Made by a program: the position numbers and the translations under genes. A stretch of 64,000 bases of DNA from Saccostrea echinata (Eukaryota): positions 13,888,001 to 13,952,000 of the forward strand of contig NW_026889771.1 in assembly GCF_033153115.1 (NCBI RefSeq). Reading direction: 5' to 3'. Positions within the stretch are counted from its first letter, which is position 1, and each line of letters begins with the position of its first letter. The notes below the pieces were generated by a model. That model searched no databases. It saw nothing but the letters and a program-made list of their open reading frames with translations, and was not told the DNA's origin. Below, piece after piece: positions 40,701-52,200 of this stretch.

Positions 40701-43700
40701 ATAACTGCATCCCAACCAATAAGAGTGGGCGACCACAATTTTTTCTACGTAAAGCTTCATTAAATCTTATATGACTAAATCAAAATCTTAATGATTTGGT
40801 GACATTTAAAACTGTGATCTTCTCATAAAATGTCAGTAACCCTATGGAGCTTACATCAATTTTCTCCTCATTAGATGTTTTATAAAAGTGGATCTTGGTT
40901 AAACCTGTGACTTGCAAAGATGATCTGAGTTGAGATTAACAATGACCTTATATGAGAAACTTACAATTTAAAACATGCACTTTTTTTTCATAGCTTGGTG
41001 ATTAATTTCAGTTCATATCCTCATGATGATTATTGCAACAGTGTGAATGATTTTAAAATATTTGACTACGAGAAATGACCTAGCTAGAATGTTATTGCCC
41101 TCACAATACAAGTACTGTGCTACTTTAAATCACAAGTTCCTAATTAAATGAGTCACTTATGTCCCACTCGTCTTGTTGAAAGAAGTTTTAATAACTCACT
41201 TTATAAACAATATCAGCTTTTTTATGCAGAAAAAGGGTAGCATTGGCTGTAGCCATAGTCTCCAGTACAAACGTTACCGTCATGTAGCTACAAAATATAA
41301 AACCGGAATAATTGTTTGTTAAAGGATAAATTTACTAATTCTGTGCAATTCATATATAAACTATGTAAACACATATCAATCTGAAATTAAAATCATTTAT
41401 CTGACTCCAGTGCTCTACTAGTATACCAGTATACTAAAAGCAAACACTGGGAGAGAGAAAGTTACTTTGTGAAATGGTGATGTATATTCATAGACAAAAG
41501 AGTCTACAACATAGAACTGCATATTAAGCTGGATCAATTAACAACAGAATGGGTAACAGAGGTTTTGAAAACTCCAAAACCCTAAACCCTAAAGCAGTTG
41601 TTTCAATCAAGATAAAGAAAAAATTCTGTTCGTAGCACAACCCTACTCTGTGTACAATATATATCTATAACATAAATGTAAAACAGGAGATGCACATTGC
41701 CAATATGTAATAAAGAGTTTGGGAGTTTCATTGAATTGCATTCATGTGAAACATACGGACCTAAGGACACCCAAATCACTTTATACCCACTACTTTTCAA
41801 GAGACAGATATGATGATCCAAAGTGATTTCAATATATCAAAGAGTTCAACAGGCCCACCTGAATCCTGCCAGCAATACAATGATGACCAGACTCAGCAAC
41901 CATCCAGCATTCTGGAAAGCCAGTGGCATTGTTAGTGCTCCTGTACCCACAATCAGATTAAATAGATACACAAACCCAACCTGCAATTAAAGATGACCAA
42001 ATAAAATTAATTTTGTTTCCATCAATTTTTTTTTCTTAATTATTTCATTTACATCCCAATGTAAATTTTCCATTTTAAAATTGGAAATGCCCTCTTTCAT
42101 CTTTTGGCCAAGAAGTTCTTTGACAGATGCTTTTGTTCTCATTTCTATATAAAGCTACATGACTAGATTGGAGAGGGAGACAGCTGGCTTTGCTAGTTAC
42201 ACTTTCTTCATATACTGGGATCTCCCCTTTGTTTTCTCTGCTTAGTCCCTCATATTCTGTTACTTTAAGTTCAATTAAAACATTGCTGTGACGTCATGCC
42301 TTTGTTCTTTCAGTCTAAAAATTTACCTGTAGCCGTCCGATAATAATAATTCACAGTCCAATAATATATTATCGGACGGCAGTGATAACAAAATCAGACA
42401 GTAGTTAAAAAACAACAACTAGAGTGAAATCAAGGTTTAATATGTCCAGAGACCAAAAAAAAAAGTTACGGAGAAAAAATTCAGGGAAAGCGAACGCGAG
42501 GAAAATAAGTTGTTAAAAATAGCAAATCCAAGAAGAATGAAACTGGAGTTTTAACCTTTCTCAAAAGTAATACTTTCCATTCGGTTTTTGCAAAGCGTTT
42601 TCGATACAGCACTGTGAATAAGCCAATTTAAATCCATTTCTGATAAAGATCCAGTCTGCGAATCTCTTCATTTAACGAGGTTTGTTCGCTAATGACCGCA
42701 CTTTTAAAACCCAAGATTTTCATCATATCATCCAATCAAAATTTTAGATAAAAATCCACACTTTTACTTTGAATGCATTTTGAAGATATCATCGAAACAC
42801 TGTATCTGTATCAAAGTCAAATGCACTTAATAAAAAAAAATATTCCGAATCATTAAAAAATATCCTTCATCACCTGACCACTGTCCATAGTTCCTGCTAC
42901 GACTGCCATTGAATGAATGAATGAAACAAGAGTTCACTAACTGGTTTTACAATCTAAAGAAAAAAAAACTTTCTCTTTTCTTTTGTCTACTTATTAGATG
43001 GTTTTAGGTAGAAAACTATTGATGCCTGAACTGCTATTGTGTAATTATCGGACTCCTCCGGGTAACTTTTGGACATTTAAATGGCAATGTTTTAATTAAG
43101 ATATATGCCTCATACAATTCTATATGTAAAATTATCAGACTGTTTTCGGCCCTAACGGGCCTCAAACAGTCTGATAATTTTACATATAGAACAGTATTCG
43201 GCATATATCCATTACTTATACATGTATTTGGGTTGGGGAAAGTACCGGTAGGTTTTTACATTGTATTATAACTGTAAAACTGGTAATAAATTTGTAAAGT
43301 CTTGTTAATCTTATTTTTATTTCTAGTTCCTTTCAATTTACAAATATTTCCAAGGTATATTCTAATGTAGAGGTCTAATTCAGAAAGTTGTCTAAAAATA
43401 AAAATAAACACAACATACAGGCTATTGAACACCAGACCTGCATGCTGCAGTATTAACTAAAAGTAACTGACTACAAGTGAACTTTCTAAATAAGTTACAG
43501 ATGGAATTTAAAAGGTTTTATCTCATAATCTTTTATAATTTTAAAGATATTTATTTAACAGTGTGAGAATTGAATTATAATACTAAACAAGAGGCCCATG
43601 GGCCACAACGCTCAACTGAGTCAATATGGCCCTGCTGTTCTTCATCAGCAGTTTTTTTTTTCTATTATATACATGTATTCCTTAAACTTAATGTAAAACT

Positions 43701-44988
43701 TTGATCCCTATTGTGACCCCACCCTATCCCCAGGTGTCATGATCTTTATAGATATAGCCCAACCCTACCCCTCAGGGTCATGATTTGAACAAACCTGAAT
43801 CTACACAACCTCAAGATTCTTCCATATCAACATGATCAATGTGATTAATCATGGTTTTGCTGTTCTTGAGAAAAGATTTTAGAGTTTTTTTCCTATACAT
43901 TTATATGTTAAACTCATAAAGTGCATTGTGGCCCCACCCTACCCCAGGGGGTCATAATGTATTTGAACAAACTTGAATCTACACTGCAACCTGAGGATGT
44001 TTCCATATTAATGAATTTTAATTGCCTGCAAGATATCAAGTACCAGTAATTTTTAACAGTTGTAAATTTAATTTCTGTTATTTATGTCTCTGGGAGTTTT
44101 GGACTTGGAATTGATTAGTTGTGTATTTGAAATAAATATTTATTTAATTATTTGCTTATGTTGATATGAAGTTGATAACTAAATAAAAAATTCAAAAAAA
44201 AAAAAAGAGGCAAATTTAATATATTTGCTTATGATGATCATGTTGATATTAAATTAGCATTTTTTCGTATGACAAACAAAATAGTGTTAATTTATATGGA
44301 GTGGTAAGTTACTTACAACATATCATGTATGTGTTGATTAATTTATAACTTTTAGAGGAAATTGCAGGAATATTAATTAAATAGGCCTAATGAGGAAGCT
44401 AGCTTAAATATTTAAATACATGTTTATCTCCCTATTAAATTTTATTCATAGGAAAAATTACACTTTTCAAATTAAATGAACGAACACAATACATTTGTCT
44501 CGCTATTAAAATGAAAATGTAGGCTACTTTGGTTCGAAATTTGGAACGAATTAAGGACATACGCAACGTAGTTTGAACTTTATTGTATTTTTCTCTGGAG
44601 TTGAAGAGTTCCAATACTTAAAGGAACTGTCTGCTACATTTTAATGTCTTTATATGCTGTTGTACACTTCTTCTTAAACAAGTTTTGATAAACAAAACAT
44701 CTAGAATATATGTTTAGTAATTTTTGTATATATTTTTCTTTAAATTATACAAGAATTTTCATGAAATGATATCTTTTCAAAACCCCTGGTAATGCATGCT
44801 GATTTTTTGTCTATGAACATCTGATGGCATTATAATCTTAAATTAAGAATATCTTGAAAAATTATCAGTAAGTAAGATACGTTGCGAATGTCCTTAATTA
44901 AAATACATCAAATCATGATCAAGTGAAAACTCAATCTTACCGCTTTCGAATAAGAAGCACCAGCCTCTGTTAACGTATTTCCTGCCAT
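27923..44988 (-). CDS. TMEM104: Transmembrane protein 104 (SLC38-like amino acid transporter), ~506 aa, 10 exons
   Basis: Exons 44988-44941, 41980-41859, 41287-41200, 37285-37180, 35596-35553, 35395-35365, 31073-30974, 30662-30545, 28922-28829, 28692-27923 are all phase-consistent. Motifs FNLIVGTGALTMP, YLYGDL, FFNVQKTKYLQ, YSFMCHHSLPSL. Confidence 0.92.
29081..29461. mobile_element. MITE with ~64-bp imperfect TIRs
   Basis: CATCCTCACAAAATCAGGGGTCCTGAGTCAA... (29081-29144) is inverse to 29398-29461. Confidence 0.7.
30723..30887 (+). mobile_element. MITE family 1 copy
   Basis: TA|CAGTCAAACCTCATTATCTC ... GAAGTTCAACTG|TA. Confidence 0.8.
31094..32400 (+). repeat. HINE-like element with ~146-bp internal tandem repeats rich in AGGTCA
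   Basis: GATGCAGTTG landmark at 31385, 31530, 31670, 31771, 31920, 32065, 32211. GACGG microsatellite; 3' hairpin GCCCCAGCCA..TGGCGGGGC. Confidence 0.75.
33407..33698 (+). mobile_element. Second copy of the same tRNA-derived SINE
   Basis: A/B boxes, same core, (AAAC)n tail. 14-bp TSD ACAATCATGTTAAC at 33393 and 33699. Confidence 0.9.
34232..35124 (+). mobile_element. Degenerate, internally deleted mariner element in TMEM104 intron
   Basis: TA-flanked CGAGGGTTGATCCAAAGTTCATGGAATT and its degenerate inverse at 35100-35124. Transposase remnant TVLDIATEIGTSYGTMEHVLKKDRNMKKVGARW at ~34715-34812, broken by stops and frameshifts. Confidence 0.75.
36771..36843. repeat. (TA)n microsatellite, ~36 units
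   Basis: Pure TA run. Confidence 0.98.
37693..38970 (+). mobile_element. Helentron/HINE-like element carrying six 166-bp satellite monomers (Cg170-type)
   Basis: 5' AACAAGAGGCCCATGGGCCACATCGCTCACCTGAG. Monomer landmarks at 37806, 37975, 38141, 38307, 38473, 38639. (GACG/GACA)n microsatellite and GATCAGAAAAGCTCACT end. Confidence 0.85.
39300..40150 (+). repeat. HINE-like element with ~148-bp degenerate tandem repeats
   Basis: Recurring GTGTGCATCC..GATGCATCA..AAGTTTGGT units; terminal AGCTC..GGTGAGCTAAAA. Confidence 0.6.
43100..43209. repeat. ~110-bp palindrome/hairpin element
   Basis: Perfect 28-bp arms 43118-43145 / 43164-43191, inner GGCCC-TAAC-GGGCC stem-loop and outer GATATATGCC arms. 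Confidence 0.85.
44555..44893. mobile_element. Kolobok-type MITE
   Basis: TTAA|GGACATACGCAACGTA ... TACGTTGCGAATGTCC|TTAA. Confidence 0.8.
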
Positions 44989-45305
44989 CTTGACCCCTTT
45001 GTCCAGTTACTTTATTCTCAAATTCACTTGTTAAAACGCAATCGTGACAACCAATTGACTCTGTCTCTGGCAGCTGTTGATAAATTCTCCATTTTGTTAT
45101 CATGTGACCTACAGTACTGAGGGGTCTCGTCACCCGCGTATTTCGCCACCTACTTCAGGTCAATTTTTTAAAAAGTAATCAATTTGGAATATTCTTTTAA
45201 AAGTTTTAAATTCGGGTAAATATTTACATGAATTTTCATAAAATTTAATTTATTTGGTAAAACAAATTATTTGGAAAATCAAAGGAAAATATAGCCATCA
45301 CTAAT

Positions 45306-46952
45306 ATTGTCCCTCGCTTTCGCGAAAGCGAGGGGACATTTAATCTCATTCATCTGTCATTCTGTCACAAAAACTTTAACATTGGTCATAACCTTTAATT
45401 CATAGACACCCCTAGTTTAATTCTTAAACAAAAAATATATCTTCTATACTATAACATAAGGTAAATGAGAAGAGTATTTCACCTGTACGTTACCTGTGAC
45501 AAGAAATTTTCAAATATACTTTGACGTTCGACCCCTTGACATTGACCTTCAAGTTAGACCTACTTTTCAAAAAAATTAACATAACTTTTCAAAACTTTTG
45601 AATCAGAAGAGAAAGGGCTTTCATATTTCACATGTACATTACCTGTGACAAGACATTTCTAAATAGACTATTGTTATTGACCCCGTGACCTTGACCTCAA
45701 AGTTTGACCTACTTAAAAAAAAAAAAGATTGATTATAACTTTTGAAGGAGAGAAGATAGGGTATTCTTATTTGACTTATGTGCATTACCTGTGACAAGAT
45801 GTTTCTGATCATGCTATGAATTTTGACCATTTGACTTTAACCTTGAATTTTGACCTAATTTTCAAAACAAAACAAAACAAAAAACAAAACCAAAAAAAAA
45901 AAAAAACAAAAAAAAAATCATTGGTGATAACTTAAGAATGAATGAAGATAAGGCCTTCCTATCTGATGAGTGCATTTTCTGTGACAAGAAGTTTCCGAAT
46001 ATGCTCTAATATTAGATCCAATGGCCTTGACCTTCAAGTTTGACCTAATTTGCAAAAAAATATCATTGCTGCTAACATTTGAAAGAGACAAGATAGGGCA
46101 TTTCTAATTGACAAGTACATTATCTGCGTGAAGACATTTCCAAATATACATTTTCTATGATTTTAACCCCACGACCTTGACCCTGAAGTTTGACCTAATT
46201 TTCTTTTGAATGAGAGAAGATAGGGCATTTATATTTGTCATGTGCATTACCTCTTTCAAGAGCTTTCCTAATGTACTCTGGTTTTCATGTATGACAAGAC
46301 GTTTCCGAATGTACTATGATTTTTAACGCCATGACCTTGAAGTTTGACCTAATTTTCAAAAAAATTTATTGCTGATAACCTTTGAATGAGATAAGGTAGG
46401 GCATTTATATTTGATATGTGCATTACCTCTCTCAAGGCTTTTCCAAACATACTCAGGCTTTTGATATAATGACCTTGAACTTAAAGTTTAATCTATAGTC
46501 TTTTTCAATGTCTTTACATTGGTAGTAACTTTTGAATGAGAGAAGATAGGGCTTTTATATTTTACCTGTACATTACCAATGACAACACCTTTTAGAAAGA
46601 TATATAATTTTTGACTCATGACCTTGACCTAGAATTTTGACCTACTTGTCAGAAATGTCAACTTTGACCATAACTTTTGCTCCAGAAGAGACAGGACTCT
46701 TTTTTTTCAAAAGTGCTTTACTTGTGACAAGACCTTTTGAATTGTATTATGGATATTTGACCTCATGACCTTGAAGTTTGTTGCCGTTTTGAGAAGCTTT
46801 AATCTTTGCCATAACTTTTGTTAACTCAATAAATTTCTTTCTTTTTTGTATGGTGGACAGACAAGACAGGACATATAAACAAGACATTTACAATTTGCCA
46901 TAAATAATTGCATCCCAACCACTAAGACAACACCGAAAGCGGGGGACCACAA
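45306..46952 (-). repeat. HINE-like element with ~150-bp degenerate tandem repeats (related decayed copy at ~40172-40740)
   Basis: Terminal hairpin CCCTCGCTTTCGCGAAAGCGAGGG. Repeated TGACCTTGAC..TTTGACCTA..GAAGATAGGGC units. Confidence 0.7.
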
Positions 46953-47914
46953 TTCTTTGAATTTGATTGTTTTGGTAAAAATTGCTATTTCACTGTAGAA
47001 ACTAATGTAAACTGAAAATACATTTAAAAAATTCCTTTTTTACAGGTATCACCTATTCACACCAAAACTTTTGTTGCTGAAAGGGGGGGGATATATTTTA
47101 AACTCAATTTTTATCACCAGCTATGAATTTTTAATCTAAGAATCTGAAAAAGCTCAACTAAATGTATTGTTATTATTTATATGCTACTACTATGTCTAAT
47201 AATAATAAAGTCTCTGTGTAAAAAAAAAAGACCAATTGTCAAATTAATAAACATATGACAAATTTTAATTACAGGTTAACAAATCAAATGAAAATCATTT
47301 TTTTAAGCAAAAAATATTGATCCATATATGTGTTGGTACTTTAAAACTTTGGGCTTAATTCAATGGACAATATTTATATCCACCAGTGTCAAAAAGAGCT
47401 TTAATAATCATTTACTAGGTGAATTCTACTATGAATTTAAAAACCTGTTTGTTTATATCTCTCAGACCATACAAATGGTGCAAAAGGAAAATTGCAAAAC
47501 ATTCTGAAATATCAGGGCCATCACAAAGTTTCAGCGAAGGGGGTATGGAGGAGTAACCTTCTCTCAGTCACAGGTGCTTGAGGGCATAACCCCCTCCTCC
47601 CCCTCGGGGTGAACCCCCCCATCTAAGGATTTAAATGCCACTGTTCATCAGGAGTTGTGTAGCATATATAGTGGTTAGTGTGTTAGTCTCAAAAGTAAAT
47701 GATACTCTGGATTTTCATTGCTAGGGTTTGAACCCAAAGAATACCACATATTTTTTTTTATTACATGTAATAGAAAAAATTTCACCAGAAAAGTTTTGTT
47801 TGTCATTATTTCATAAATTTCAATAATGAGAACTTTACTGTAAATACTAAATTCACAAATTGAATATGATCTTTATATATCTGAAGCTATAGGCATTCTG
47901 CATGCTTTGTTCAC

Positions 47915-48560
47915 CCATCTCCTCTGTCAACTTTGTGAAAGAAGGGGAAAAGGGACATAAAGCTTGTGTTGAAGGAAGTGGTATGCACAGGACAGCAACA
48001 GATTGGCAGATGCTGGCAGACCTGAGAAATAAATTAGAATTTCCAATTGAAATAGCAGTTACAAACAGGAGGTCTGACATATTTATTTGGTCAGTGGCAA
48101 CAAAACAGGCAATTCTTATGGAATTGACAGTACCATGGGAAGAGAGAATAGAGGATGTATATAACCACAAAACCTTAAGTACCAAGATCTTGTGAAGGTT
48201 TGTCAACAGAATGGATGGAAGGTCTGGTTTTTCACAGTATAAGTGGGATGAAGAGGGTTTGTTGGACAGTCTTTGTGGAGGGCATTGAGCGCAATTGGCA
48301 TAACTGGAGCAGAGAGGAGACTGATAGGAGGTCTGTGTAGGGAGGCGGAGTCAGCATCTATGTGGTTGTGGTAAAAAAGGGCAGATACGTGGTAAGACAG
48401 CTAAAATAGAACAGTAGTGGTGCAGAGCTGGGCTGGGACCTGTTCACTCCAGTTGGCATACCTTGGGGGGGGGGGGGGGGTGTAGTGGACAGAGCCGAAA
48501 CAGCTGCTGAAGGAGGATAGACTTAAGGGTGGAACCACAAGCATGTATACAATAAGCTGA
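47915..48560 (+). mobile_element. Decayed 3' fragment of an RLE-type (Hero-like) non-LTR retrotransposon
   Basis: ATDWQMLADL..FP..IAVTNRRSDIFIWS..KQAILMELTVPWEE followed by frameshifted KYQDL..GWKVW..RGFVGQS..EAESASMWLW with stops. This is a restriction-like endonuclease domain. Confidence 0.75.
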
Positions 48561-49287
48561 AAAAACACTAAAAGATTGTAGTTTGACTGAGTTACGTTGT
48601 CAAAATTTGTTGGCATCTTTACATTCAACATGACAAATGATGCATGAGGATTCTCATAAACTAGAATGCACACTACATATGCATATGAATTCTATTTCTG
48701 TCTTTTGCTTCAGTTTCGATTGTGCTCTGTGATTATTTGAATGCATTACATGGGGTCTACAAGATCCAAAAAACTGCTCAGATATAGTTTTGATGTTCTT
48801 TCAAATGACTTCCCTACTCCTATTCAAAACATTTAACCCTCTCCCCCTTGTCCAATTGGAGATGGATGGCATCAAAAAATGATCATGTCTAAGTATTAAA
48901 TACATAAATATGCTTGTATATTAGATATAAATACATGTACAAGTGTTAAATATTGTTTTTTTTTAGAAGATAGCTTTAAAATTGGTTTTAAAAAACTTAT
49001 GCACTATCCTTTTTTGGAGAGGGAATGATTTCAATAAATTGAGTCTCCAAATTGGAATGCTTGAATATTATTTTTGAAAAATTACAGTTGTTCTTTATCT
49101 CAAGTAAGTATATCCCAGATGTCAAAAAACCTTTTTTCTAAAAACTTCATCAAGAAATTCCAAGTGCATGTCCCTGTATTCCTCACATTCATTTGAAATG
49201 AAACATGACAAAAGTTTATCATCTCATAATTTATTATAACAACAGTTTAACAAAAGCGGATTAAGTACAACTATAAAACAGCCGGGG

Positions 49288-52200
49288 TCATGTGGCAGGA
49301 ATGGTTCCCTTCAGCATCCAGCTATTGGCTTTCTGGACACAATAGTCCTGTAAAGAAACACATGTATAACTACATGTATCATTTATATATTTAAAAGGAG
49401 CCAACTGGAACTAGGGCACTTGCTGTATTTAATGATCACCTCTCTCTCTCTCTCTCTCTCTGAAACATGTACCTGATAATACTGAAAACAACTATTTAGA
49501 AACAACATGGCCCAGAACAAAGCAATAAAATGACCTTAAAAATTCTAAGAATGTTAACAGCTGTTGCCAGGTTACTCATCTTAAGTAACAGAATGTTTAC
49601 AGCACTCTCTACCATCAGCTCATACATTTACCACTGTCATAGGCTCACATATATCATAGCGTTACGCACATTGTCAAGAAATAGTGTGTTTGTTTTCATT
49701 ATAATCATATTTCTGCACTAATGTTTGTCTTTTAAGGTATATATTTACTTTATATATTATATAAGTACATGTAGATCTAGAACTATTAGTTGAATTTGAA
49801 ATAATCCTTTGAATATCATGTTTTTTTACCTTATGTCAAAAATCTTGACTCGAGCTCATTGCAGAGGTGTCTGAGAGAGGAACAAACAACTCTGCAAGGG
49901 AGACTGGGTTTACAGCTGTTGCTTGGTAACTCACCTTGAGTAACAAAATGTTTACAGCTGTTGCCTGGTAACTCACCTTGAGTAATAGCTTTGTGTCCTG
50001 CTCAGAGAGAGTAAACCCACATTGCTCCTCTACTGACTTCATAAACTGTTTCCTGTTAATCTTATGACTAGATGTAAAGGCATTCAACAACACAGTACGA
50101 GCCTATTAAAAAAGAAAAAACACAGACAGCATACAAAGACACATCCACTATCAATTAAACACTAATTCACTTAATTTGAAATATATTAAATGCCATACTA
50201 CTTAGATAATAAACTTGTGGAATATTTCATGTACAGTGAAACTTGTCTAATCAGGATGTTGTGTATTCCGAAATCTTGCCTAATACGATGTAAACTTAAA
50301 GTTCCTGTAACTAAATTCAATTGTTGAGAATTTCGTCTAATCCTGAATGTTGTCTATTCCGGCTAATTTTTATGATGTCTGGATTACACAAGTTTTACTG
50401 TAATACTAAAGGTAGATACGTACAGGGTCCAGTTTATCTCCAATTTTTGGTAAGGCATATATGGGTTCTTGTTGAGAATTTGGTGGCCACTGCAAAAACA
50501 GACACTTAAATATACTATCATTAATACAAACAAATATTATGCACAGAGTATTACCTGTAAATGGTACGTTATATATTTCCTCAATGTAGAATCAAATTTC
50601 TGTATCATATAGTGATGTTTACTTCACTTTTCAATCGATTTCTTCCATATTAAAAAGAAATCTTACTAATGTACCTTGTGATAGTTCTATAATATACAAT
50701 GACATACTCTTTTTACTACTGTATTTACATCTATAAAATATTTGTATATCTACTACAATAACATTGTGTCACAAAGATCAGCATATTCTTTAACTTTGCA
50801 GATGAATACAATTAAACACACAATGGCTGCTTTGCACTTCATTCAATTTTTCTACAATCAATGCTTGCAACCATCATATCCCCTTAGGATGACAATAAAA
50901 ACACACTTTATTATTTAAATATTTACAAGAATACTTTTCTTATTTTTCTAAGACTGACCTGATTTTGTAGTAGCACCCCTCCAACCTTTAAGGCGGACTC
51001 CTCCAGGATTTTATCTGACACACCTGTTGCCAGAATTTGCCCTGGGGGACTCTGAGCGAGATGCATCTGAAATAATCTTTGAAGTTCACTTGCACTAACC
51101 ACAAATCTTGTATACAGTTTCTCCTTCACAAAATTGAGGATTTCAAGTTTAAATTCAGGAGAATCAAAAGAGTTTTCTCCCTTGGTAGTATCACAGTCAG
51201 AATTTGGAGTGACCTCTATGGTACCATTAAAGTTTGTAAGTTTAGTAGAAGACACTTCCATTGGCTCTTCTTTTCTGGAAAGTAAATCGTCATGGTTTTC
51301 TAGATCTTGTTTGATGGCATCCATTTCTGCATCACTGTAATCGGACAAAGACCGGCCACTTAGTGTACGTTTTCTGCGTGTGCCTGTCGAGGACCTTGAG
51401 GAATTTCTGCGACGTCTTGTTGGCTTTTCCCCCGGTGAAATGGGTGGTTCTTTAAAATACATTTTAGTTCAAATCATTTTATAAACAATGTTTCATATTC
51501 ATATTAAGAAACTAAAATTTTGCAGCATTGCTTTTCGTTAGTTTCAATAAGTTATGCAAATTGCCAAAGGTTTATCCAAATCTTTACAAGATTATTTTGC
51601 AAAAAAACCCTCTAGTTATATTAATACATTCTTATGAACAAAACTACCTTGAGTATTTTCATTTTAATTCACAAAGTACATGTATAAAATAACCCATTAA
51701 CAAATAGAACTTTGTTGCATTTTCATATGCTTGAAACTTTTCAATATCAACTATACCTTTGTCTTTGAACTTCTTATCATGTTCCTTGGGGATTTTCAGA
51801 AGTTTGGCCAGACCCTGATATTTAGCTTCCCATAACATTTTCTGTCTTTGAACAATATCTGGATACCTGTATTTCAGAAAATTATATCTCTTTTGGGGAA
51901 AAGTGGTACATACAATATACATATTTACTGGTGTTAAAATACTGATGAAGATTATAATAAATTTCTATAAAAGTTCATTGATTGATACTGTAAAACATTT
52001 TATTTTTGTGGGGTCAAATGTTTCTGGTTTGAGGAAAAAATCTTGGTTTGTGGGATTTAATTTCGTGGATGAAGTGTTCAGTTGTTCAGTTGTTATATGA
52101 ATGAAACTTTACATTTTATGGGGGACATGAATTTGTGGATCTCTCCCTACCACAAAAACAACAAAAATTAAACCCCCATGAAAATTAGTGATTCCACAGT

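Noticed and set aside
42874-42909. Alternative first exon of TMEM104 (MAVVAGTMDSGQ)
   Set aside because: Phase-compatible but weak donor (GTGATG); exon 44941-44988 matches the known N-terminus much better.
48480-48520. Hammerhead-like CGAAAC/CTGA motifs after the Hero-like fragment
   Set aside because: Could not identify the complete CUGANGA core and three stems.
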